Translations under genes and position numbers: made by a program
Assembly: GCA_013265495.1 (NCBI GenBank)
Contig: MU059614.1
Span: 1,837,601-1,901,600 of the forward strand
Length of the DNA stretch: 64,000 nucleotides
Reading direction: 5' to 3'
Source of the DNA: Vicugna vicugna
Taxonomy: Eukaryota
The notes under the pieces: generated by a model
Database searches by the model: none
The model's input: only the letters and a program-made list of their open reading frames with translations
What the model was told of the DNA's origin: nothing
Shown: one piece after another, positions 1 through 9,967 of the stretch
How the letters are laid out: each line of letters opens with the position of its first letter
Numbering within the stretch: the first letter of the stretch is position 1

Positions 1-1586
1 CCAGGCAGTGTGTCAAACTCACGGTCAGAGCCTGGACCCTGCGCAGACCTGCTGCACTGGGGACAAGGTCTTAACGGCTGTCCTTCCCCTGGCGGCTCCG
101 TATGGAGTCTGGCCATCTCCCCCCACCGCCCTTCCAGCCAGGAGAGCTGGGTGGGCTCTGGAGCTGCCTCCTGCACTCTTTGCTTCAACACGGTTTCTTA
201 GCTAACACACAGCCAAGAGGTCCTAAGACTCTTAAGTTTGATTTGAACGCTTTAGACTATTTACAGATTAAGATCAAAATTCTTGCTACAGAAACTCTAA
301 GGTGTCTTTAAAGACTGGCTGCTTCCTTGGAGAGCATATGTGTTTAAAAAAACAATTGCTCTATAAACAAATCTTAAGTAATCCCAGGAACCGATAAAAG
401 TTCCTCCATGATCACTGCCCAGAGTCGTAAGGGAAGGCCCCAGCCTGCAGCTATTAGCTGAGGGCCCTCTGGCCAAGACCCTGGTCTCCTTGACCTGGGC
501 AAAACTCTGTACAAGTGACAGCTGTCACGTAGGCCCACTAAGGGAGCTGTCTGGTTGTGATTTTTGCGTGTGTCCTGGGGGAGACAAGAACAAGCACGGG
601 CCTGAGACGGAGGATGCACAGAACCAGCAGCATACAAGCCCCCAGCCTGCATCGCCGCTGGGGCACAGCCTGCGCCCTGCGTTGGCACAGGGGGGTTTCT
701 TCTCCCCCGCCCCGGTGTGAGCTGCCCATCTGGGCCCTGACAGAGCTGCCTCCTGTGCAGACCTGCTGGGAGGTGGAAAGTTGCTGGGAGTTACTCTCAA
801 AGGCAGCTGGTGCTCTGAAGGCTACGCTCAGGTGCTGCCCGCTGGAGGCACTGAGCTGCATTTTGGGAACAGCCATTAAGCTTCCTCGTGATTCATGGTA
901 CTTTTCAAAAGGTTTGACTGGCTCAGGAAAAAAGCAGTGAAAGCGGCCTCAGGGCCCAGCACAGCCCTGCGCTGGGGCATCCCGGGCCGCCACAGCAGCT
1001 CGGGGGTGGCAGGAGAGGCACAGTGGCCCCCTGCACCCGGCGCTGGCTCTGCACGCCTGAGGCCTGACTTGAGGTGGAGGGCGCATGAGGCCCAGGAACG
1101 TCACCTGTGCGAGCCGGGGCCTGGGGGCCCTGCCTATAACGCAGGGGGATGTGAAACAGGAAAGGTCACGTCTCCAAACTCCCGAGAAAGTGAGGCTGTG
1201 CTCACTCGGAAGAAAAGCCACTGCCACACAGAGAAGCTGCCCCTCGACGCCAGTCCCCCAGAGCTGGGGTGGGGGAGTGATCCTCAACACTATCTTGCAA
1301 ATACTCCCGTCCTCTGGGAACCCAGCTCTGCTGTCCTAGGACATTAGGGGGAGGGGCCCCCTCCTGAGGTCCAGCTCTGCACAGCCTGGAGAGGGGCGCA
1401 GAGTAGGGAGGCTACAGGCCCCGCAAAGAGACCCCACCACAGCCAGCCAGAGGCCAAGGGAGGAACAGAATGTCAACTCCTGTTCAGTGACTCAGAGCCC
1501 AGAATGCGCTCTCAGCCCCGCCCGAGGGCCAGATGCACCAGACACCCCCCGCCCCTCAGCCCTGACCACTCGCTCTGCTTCGAAAC

Positions 1587-4500
1587 CTTGAGGCTCTCAA
1601 AGTCCCTCTGGTGCTCCTCCTGCAGCAAGGCTGCGCTGCCCGCCAGACCCCTGTGCTCCAGCTCCTCCCGCAGGACGTCCACCTGGGCCTCCAGCTCCTG
1701 GATGCGTGCTCTCAGCCCCATCACGGAGTCGGCCTCCCCCTCGGTGGGCCGGCTGCAGGAGGGGGCCTGGTGGGGGCTGCTCGGGGGGCCGGGGGCCGGC
1801 GGGGCTGCAGGGGGCTGTCCCTGGTAGTGGTGGAGGGTCTCTTGCAGGCACTGCAGGGTCTGTGAGTAGTGCTCCTGAAGGGCCCTCAGCTCCTCCTGGT
1901 GGATTGTCTGCAGCTCTTTGATCTTGAGCTGGAACCTGTCCTCCAGTGTCTGCATCTGCTCCACGTGGTGCCTCTCCAGGTCCTGCCTGTCTCTGACGGA
2001 GGCGTGCAGCTGGCTCAGGACACTGCTGTGCTCGGCCTCCTCCAGCACACACTGCATCTCCCCCTCGTGCCCCCTCTGCAGGGCAGACAGGTGCTTGCCC
2101 TCCACTTCCTCCAGGCACTTCTGCTGATGGCCCAGCTGGGTGACCTTGGACTTGAGCTCTGCGTTCTCCTTTTCTATGACGGCAATCGCGTCCAGGTACT
2201 CACTCTTCTGCTTCCGGAGAAGCTCCTCATACTCCTCCCTCAGGGCCCCGACAGCCAGCTCTTGCTCCTGGCAGGAGGCCCCCCCACCCGGCCAGGACTC
2301 CCTGCAACCCCGGAGCTCCTTTTCATACTCCAGCCGGATCCTGCAGGCTGCATAGCACACCTGAGCCTGAACAATCGCATCTTGAACTAATAAGGATGAA
2401 TACTGACTGAGGCCTCCCAAGCAAGCGTCCTGAGAGAGGTTCCGGGATGCCTGGAGGAGCTGCTGACAGTCCCTCAGTGGCTCCGCGGAAGGGAGCGAGG
2501 TTAAGGCGGCAGAGATCTCCCCTAGGAGGCTGGCCTTGTCTTTAAGCTGCAGGGCGAGCTCCTCCTGAACAGCAACGAGGGCCCCCGGGCTCTGGCTGGA
2601 CAAGGGGAAGAGCTCCTGGGAGCCCCCCGTGTCCTGACAGCTCAGTACTTGTGCTGGGCTCAAGCCCCAGGATGCCTGTACCCCGTCTCCAGCGCCTGCT
2701 AGAGGCTCGAGGGCTTCCGAGACCTGCTGCATCACTCTCTCGAAGTCGGGGGTTTGGTAGGCTCCCAAGATGTCCCCCAGCAGACGCTTGTGCTGCTGCA
2801 GGGCTGCCTGGGTCCCCTGCAAGGTCTCCTGGACACTCTGCAACCTGCGTTGGAGGGCCTCCCTCACCGAGTGCATGGCGAAGCTGAGCTCTGCCCTGAC
2901 CCACGTGGCATCGGCCAGGGTGGGGCCCAGGCCCGGCGGGGGGCTCTGCTGCCCGCCACCTGAGGTGCGGGCTGCCTCCCCACCCAGCATCTCCAGGTGT
3001 TCGCGCAGGGACTCCACCTGGCTCCAGAACTCTCCGTCCACCAGCACCTTCTTGGCCCAGGCGTCTGCCGGGGCCCTGGGCCACCCTGCGCCACTTTCAG
3101 AGTCCAGCAGCACCTTCCTCGACTGAGAAACCTCAGAGAGGACGTGCGCGACATCCGAGGTCGTGCGCTTCACGGACTCCGCTATTTGGCCGATGAGCGC
3201 GGCTTCCAGAGCCATCTGGTCAGAAAGCAGCTTGAGCTGCTCCTGCTCGCTCAGCTCCGGCAGGCGGGGCGGCTGCGGTGCAGCTGCGGGCCCCTCCTCC
3301 TCCCGCTGTGTGTGCCCAAGGGCCTGGATGGCGCTGACGAGCAAGCTCTCCACGCTGGCCAGGGGCCCCGCCCCCGCTGCCCCGGCCTCCACCTCCGGGA
3401 CGGCTCCCGGCAGAGACCGCAGCCGTTCCCGGCAGCTTTCCAGACAAGCCAGTGCCTGGCTGTTTTTCACCTGGAAGCCACCAAGCTCCCCGACGTGGTC
3501 TTCTACCACTCTGGCCCTGGCCTGTCTCTCCTGCTCCAGCTGGGAGGCCAGCGCCCCGACTTGAAGCAGGCTGGCGCGGAGCTGCTCGCGGAGCCCTGCC
3601 TCGGTGCCGGCCCACTGCTGGTGCAGCGCGAGCAGGGCCTCCTGGCTCTGGCCCTGCTGGCTCTCCAGCCTCACCGTCACATCCTTGAGCTTCTCCTCCG
3701 TGACGTAGAGCTTGGTCTCCAAGGAGTGGATTATGGACAGGTAGGTGTCTGCGTCGCTGGTCGCAGGGAGCGAGCCAGGGGTGGCCTCTGACGACATGCT
3801 TTCCTCCGAGGGTGACCGGTCCTGACTGGTGTCGGAGGACGTGCTGCTGGTCCAGATCTTCTCGGACCCCTCGGGGTGGGTGTATTTTTGACACTGGATG
3901 GTGGAGAACCGGATTCTTTGCCTCTTAATGCCAGGTGCACCCTGGCTGGGCTTTGAGGTGCTTTGCAGGGTCCCCTCCCTATCAGGCGCTCCCAACTTTG
4001 GGGGCTCCATGCCCTCTCCTCTCCGGGGGCTGCTGTCCCCCTGATCCTCCCCCAGGGCAGCCCCTGGCTCTTCCTCGAGCCTCAAGTGTGAGAAGCCCGG
4101 ACCCAAGAGCGAGATGCCGGCCGCCTCTGCTTCCCTGACGGCGCTCCGCGGCTCGCCTGCCACCTCTGGAGATGCCTTTGCCGATTTCCTGAAAACCTCT
4201 TCCCTTCCCTGGAGCTTCATCTCCGTTCCCTCTGAGCTGCTCCCCAAGGCCTCCTGCAGGCTCTCCTTCTCCTGCAGCGCCTTCTCATGCACGGCCTTTA
4301 TGTGCCTCAGCTCCTCCTCCTTCTCCTGCAGGCGAGCGTGCAGGCCCTGCAGCTGGCCGGCTGCCCGCCTGTAGGACAGCTCCAGGCGCTGGTAGTCGGC
4401 CTCCCTCCCCCGCAGCCTCTCCTGAAGCGCAGCCACGTCCCCATCAGACAGGGTGACACGGTCCATCAGCTCTTGGAAGCGCTGCCGGACCAGGTCCCGC

Positions 4501-5300
4501 TCATCCCGGAGGCCCTGGACGTGTGCGGCCAGTTCCTGCAGGCTGGCCTCCTTCTCCTCCAGCTGCTCCTCCAGCCGCTGCACTGCCTCACTGCCCTCAG
4601 CCTTGGCGCTCAGCTTCTCCTGGTGGAGGACCTCCAGCTGCTGCTCGTGGCCCTGGAGCCGGTCCTCGAGGGCGCTGGCCCTGTCCTCTGCCTCCTTCAG
4701 GCTTCGCAGTAGCCCCTGCTTCTCCTCGGCACAGCTCCCCAGCAGCAGCTCATAGTTCCGCTGCAGCTGCTCCTCCATCAGCCTCTGGGCCTGCTCGCTG
4801 GTGCTGAGCTGCTGGCTGAGGTCGGCGATGCGCTCCTGCAGCCTCTGCACCTCCTTCTGCCGGTCCCGCTGCAGCGCCCGCTGCCTCTCCAGGTCCCGCA
4901 GCTCCTGTGTCCTCTCCAACAGCAGGGCCTCCGCACGCTGCAGCTTCTGCTCACTGGCCTGCAGCTGGGCGCCGAGCGCAGCCTCGCTGTGCTGCCGCTC
5001 CTCCAGCTGCTCACGCACCCTGTCCTTCTCCAGCTTCAGCTCGCCCTTGAGCTTGGCCAGCGCCTGCTCCTTGACAGTGAGCTCGGCCGCAGTGTTGCTA
5101 AGCCTCGCCTGGAGGCTCTGGATCTCGGCCTCGTGGTGCCGGACCGCGTCCTTGGCCTCCCCATAGCTGTGCTTCAGGGCCTGGATCTGCTGCGTGATCA
5201 GCTCCTGGCGCTGGCACTGGGCCTCCAGCTCGCTGTGGAGATCCTGGTTGACTCTGTGGAGCCTCTGCCAGGCGCTGGACGGGGAGGTGGCCACTTCAGT
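1587..5300 (-). CDS. MPRIP: MPRIP exon 16: giant coiled-coil exon, 3714 nt / 1238 codons (TEVATSP...DFESLK)
   Basis: Open frame matches ORF 1512..5294. Acceptor ttttttttaag|ACTGAA, donor AAG|gtttcg. Length is divisible by 3, phase 0/0. Resembles the recalled insert of the long mammalian MPRIP isoform. Confidence 0.92.
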
Positions 5301-5324
5301 CTTAAAAAAACCGATTAAACACTG

Positions 5325-5331
5325 GTTAGTA
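5325..5331 (-). promoter_or_regulatory. Perfect TACTAAC branch point of the giant exon (branch A at 5326, about -26)
   Basis: Minus strand reads gtgtTACTAACcagtgtttaatcggttttttttaag|exon 16. Confidence 0.8.
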
Positions 5332-7411
5332 ACACTCCGGCCTCCCAGTTCTGAGTGTCACACCTCTGGCCGGGGTCAACCACAGAAAAGCTCCTTGGTG
5401 GGTCTGTCTTTTATCCTTTGCACAATTTTTGTTTTCATTAAAAAAATACAACAAATCATCTTAATTTTTTCGGCAAGTAGCTGCTTCCAGGTAAACAGAA
5501 AACATGGACATTAACATCTAAACAGCTCTAACCAAACAGCTTCTAGGAGAAATAAACCAAACAAAACCGAATAATGGAGCACACTGAGAAACAAGACGAA
5601 GACTGAGGGGCAGGAGGCCGGCAGGAAGGGCGGACGGGGAGCGGCAGTGCATTACATCGCGGCGTTTGTTTTGCAAAACAAAAGGCACACAGCTCAAGAC
5701 CACGAACCCCGCAAGCGCAGGACCGGCGTGGGATGCCGCTTCCTTCTCGGACAGGGAGAAGGAAGGGAGGCCACCGCTGGTGCCTGTCAGCCAGGTGACC
5801 CCCGAACACTTTCCTGGGGGAAGTGGGCCCGTCCTCTACAGTAACAGGAAGAACTAATCTCTACCTGCAAGAAGACAAAATGAGGGGGAAAATGGAAACC
5901 ATGGAGTAAAATATGAGAATTAACAAAACAAACCTTTGTGAAACTCAAAATAAGAGAGTGAAGCGTGCAGAAAATAAAACAACACAACTGAAACAGAATT
6001 CCCCACACTAGAAGGCGTGCAGGACAGACAGAACCAGCTGACGCAGGAGAGAACAGGAATGTGAACGGAGTGGGAACAGCTTGGCCTAAGGACTGGCCTG
6101 CATGCGGCTCCCTCCACGTGTGCTGGCGGGGAGCCACAGATGTGACACTCAGTTCCGTAAGTCAGAGACGCCTCGCGCTCCGTGCCCACACGGCCAGCTC
6201 CTCCTCCCCCCCGTCAGCCCAGCACCCGTCCCCAGCCGCCGGTCCTCCTGACCATTAACCCCAAAGGCCCTTGCTCATTCAGACTCTGGTTTACAATCAT
6301 TTTCAAAGCACAAAAAGAGACTGAAAGGAACCCATGTTGGACCCAGCAGAAAGGTGTTAAGGTGTCAGCCGACTGGCGGGCTTCGGGCAGGCTCATGCAC
6401 CCGTCCAGCTTAGGCCCGGGGAGGTGCTCAGGTTAGCAATGTGCAAAATCCATGGCCAGGGTCTTCACCACCTGGTGTGAAATCAACGCATGTAGGATGG
6501 CAGCCCAACCAGAGATTTAAAAGATGCTTCTCAAACCTGGAGGGTCTGCACAATGACTCAGAGAGTCTTGGAGGGAGGTGCAGGGAAGGGGGGTGCCCCG
6601 TCACCAGTTCTCAGTGCCTGAGAGTCTGGCCTGGGCACAGCAACAGCTGCAGCTAAAGGGCTAGGGCGGAGGTCCGGGGGACATGGGGCTCCTGGGGCAG
6701 GGCCAAGGCTGGGGGAGAGAGAGAGTCCGGGGGAATGTGCAACGAACACGGCACCGGAGGCAGGAAGGCAGACTCTGCCCAGAGGGTCGACTCGGACCAA
6801 GGAGGCCAGGGCACTGCAGTCTGAAGCGTTGGCCCAGCAACTCAGCCCAGAGACTCCAGGTCCCTGAAAGCCAGGAAGGCCCTCGGGGACGGGCTCTCGG
6901 TCTACATGGGCAAGGAGACTAGTGCTCAGGGGAGGGGTACCGGCTCCTGCAGGTCAGCGTGGGGCCCTGACTCAAGTGTTGCGTCTGCAGCCTGGGCTGA
7001 GGCCCAAGCCCTTGGTTCCGTCGCCCAGCTTGCTCCCCCACAGCCACCTCTCCCAGCAGCATATCCGCCGAAGGGGCGGGAGTGTGGCGTGTGCACCCCA
7101 GGACTAGACGGGGCCTGGACCGCTGCCCCGTCCAGGCAGGCTGCCCCCGGGAGTCTGCCTGGCGGCCAGCACCCTGGCAGAGACCTCCAGTGAGGATGCA
7201 GGGCTCAGGCTCTTGGTTCAGTCCAGGCTGCAGCCCTCATCCCTCCTCCAGGCCACAGGGCAAATCGGCTCCAGGCTGGGTGGCCACGTTTCCCCTCACA
7301 CTTTAGCCTGGGCAGAGAATCAGAGGTGGGCCACTAGCCTAGCCGTAGCAGCCCCAGATGGCCCTGCAGGTGGGGTACAGATGTGGGCAGGGACAGGGAA
7401 CCAGCTCTAGA

Positions 7412-7490
7412 GCTCTAGCTCTGCCACTAACTCAGTCATAAGGAGACTATTACTCCATTCTTCAGTCTGTAAAATGGGACTAATACTGCT
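7412..7490 (+). mobile_element. MIR SINE fragment
   Basis: ctagctctgccactaact...tctgtaaaatggga MIR core. Confidence 0.6.
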
Positions 7491-7806
7491 ATTGTCAAAA
7501 AAAATTAGAACTTACTCGCAAATATGTGATTACTATACAGTGAGCCCTTTGACAGCCAGAGGGAGAGACAACCAAAATTACTCCACCAAAAAGCAAAGGA
7601 GAAACCCTTAGATACAGAAGTTGCAGGTATATTCCCCAAAACGTCACACCAGGGGAGACCCCCATAGGCCCGCTGTCCGGAGCGCCCACTCCTGGGGCAG
7701 GGAAGCCCGAGGCCTGGCGCTTGGTTTTGCACATTCCTAGCCCGCCTGGGTGACACACAAGCAGCCCGAGGGCGCCTGGAGGGCCGCGGCAGCCCCTCAG
7801 CCCTAC

Positions 7807-7923
7807 CTGCAGCACGTAGCCCTCCCGGGCGCTCTGCTCCCGGCCCAGAGCCACCCTCAGCTGGTCCTGCAGCAGCCGGTTCTGCTCCAGGAGGTCCGAG
7901 GCCTCCTTCTGGCTCTGCTCCAA
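7807..7923 (-). CDS. MPRIP: MPRIP exon 15 (LEQSQKEASD...REGYVLQ), 117 nt
   Basis: ccaacag|TTGGAG ... CTGCAG|gtaggg; 39 codons matching MPRIP coiled coil. Confidence 0.97.
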
Positions 7924-9405
7924 CTGTTGGCAAACACACACACACATTTTAAAGCAAATTGACCACCGGAGAAGCCCAGCACAGCCCAGGCCCTGGGGGC
8001 GTCCCGACTCCAGCTGGGCGGGGCTCCAGCTTCCCTCATAGCCTTCTGGGCACCGAGCTTCAGAGCAGAGGCGTGCTTGTCACCAAGACTCCAGCTGAGG
8101 CTGTACACCACCCTGGCAGCCTTGTCACCCTGGGCACCCACATAATCCCCGCACTGGCCCGAGGATCCAACCCACAGAACCCACCAGGGAATGAGGGCTT
8201 CGGGCCCGTGTCAGAGAAGACCTCCCCCTGGGTCCTTCGAGGTCCTTGGCGCAGTCACCAGGCCCGTGTGCTCCCAGCAGGCCTCACTCCAGGCTCTGCC
8301 TCGGCTCTTACGGGAAGAACCCTGACTGACCAGCTGTACTGGACTTCAGAGCAAGTTCCGTTTGTGTGGGGCTCCTTGGGAGGTGCCCAGTGAGCCCCTG
8401 CCCACTCCTCTCACTTCCACCGATTCTGACCCACGGATGCTGGCCGCGGGGAGTGCGAGCAGGGCGTGCCGCAGGGACTGGGCTTGGACACCCCGCGTCT
8501 AAAGCCAAAGCAGCGCCCAGCGTGTGGCCTGCTGACTGGCAGGCCTGGTTTTGCTGTTTAAGCAACGTAACTTTGAACGCTGTTTTACTGCATCCTGCCT
8601 TTACCATCATATTGACACGCGTGGAAATGGAAAAAACCCAAGTGTTGATGCTTGTGACAAACGTTGGCCTCACGAATTTAACAAAACATAACAAAGAGAA
8701 AAGTGAGGGAGGCTGGGGCGGCCTGTCTGTGGGGCCCTCAGCCACTGTGTGGAGCGCACGTTGGATTTGCGTCACCAAGCGCCCCTAAGAGACGGTGTGA
8801 CGCTGTACCCCCTTGGCCACGGCACCTCCGTTCAGACATACAAATCCACAAAGTTCTGCAAATTGATTTCTGGGTACATTTTCACTAAGGAAGAACATTA
8901 CAAATGCAGGAACGGGCTCCCCCAACTCTGTGTCTGGAGGAGGCCCCACCGCCCCCACCTCCTGCTGGCTGCCCCGCACGCTCCGGTCTCAGCGAGGGGC
9001 ACAGGGTGCCACATGCAGATGGAGACCTAAGTCTGTGCCTGCCCCTCTTCTGCCCAGGTCCTCTAACTCATGCCTGAGGCAGGGCAGGCGAGTCCCTGCG
9101 GGAGCACTGAAACTCCCCCAGCCTCATCTTCGGCAGCCCTGCCTCTGAAGGGCAGGGCCCCAAACACATGGCCAACTCCTCTGGTCTCTGGAAGGGCCAG
9201 GCCCCCCTCCCCCCACTGCCACCCTGTCACCCCCGTGAGTCTCAGGCCTGCACTGCACTCTGGGGCCCTGACCTGTGTCTGCCTCCCCAAGGGCTCTGAA
9301 GCCCCTGGGGTAGGGGGACTGTCCCAGTGTTAGGCACAGTGGGTGCTGGGGGGGTTGCTGGTTGCTGCCCAGAGCTCACCCGTCTGTGACGGCCCTGGCC
9401 ATTAC

Positions 9406-9967
9406 CTCCTTCTCCAGCAGGGAAGTTAGGTCGTGAGTGGAGAGCCGGTCACTTCCGTCCTCGGAGGACAGGTGCAGGGGGGCAATGGGCACCTGCTTTT
9501 CTTCCCGGAGAGGGGTGGTCTCCACCTGATGCCACCGCTGCTCAATCTCCACGTGCACATTCTGTGTCCTGAGGTCAGCGGTCGCGGGCGGCCCCGGGCC
9601 CCGATCAACCTCCATGCGCAAGGCTGCTTCGTCGGTGCCTGGCCCATCGGCCATGTCAAGGGCCCCAAAGCGCTTCCGGCGTTCCTCTCGCCGCCGTGCA
9701 CGCTCCCGCTCCAGCTCACCCGGCTCTGCTTCGGGGTGGGGGTCGGTGGGCCCCGAGGCACCAGCCCTCTCCTGGGCCAGGGCCTGCTGGATGGGGCGGA
9801 ACTCTGCCCAGTCGAAGGTCTTGGAGCGCCCTTCCCGCCTCCGCTCCCGAGCCCGGCTCCTCTTCTGCTCGGGGTCTGGCTCTGCGAGCTCGCTCTCCTG
9901 TTCCTCCCGTGGCCTCGGGTGGGTCTCCACAGGGGGGCTGCTCCGGTGCTTCTCCTGTGGCAATGAG
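9406..9967 (-). CDS. MPRIP: MPRIP exon 14 (SLPQEK...EGRSKTFDWAEFRPIQQALAQER...LLEKE), 562 nt
   Basis: cccag|CTCATT ... AAGGAG|gtaatg; matches ORF 9376..9963 and MPRIP sequence. Confidence 0.97.

Noticed and set aside
1512-1586. ORF read-through past the exon 16 donor (VSKQSEWSG...GRG*)
   Set aside because: Intronic continuation after AAG|GT; not protein-like, and no poly(A) signal was noticed nearby.
1504-5318. Many overlapping plus-strand and off-frame ORFs (e.g. 2997..3791 +, 3220..3894 -)
   Set aside because: Shadow ORFs of the GC-rich giant exon; antisense reading of Glu/Gln/Leu codons lacks stops.
9380-9405. Downstream GG|GTGAGC donor after exon 14
   Set aside because: Would add 26 nt and shift the frame; no other support.
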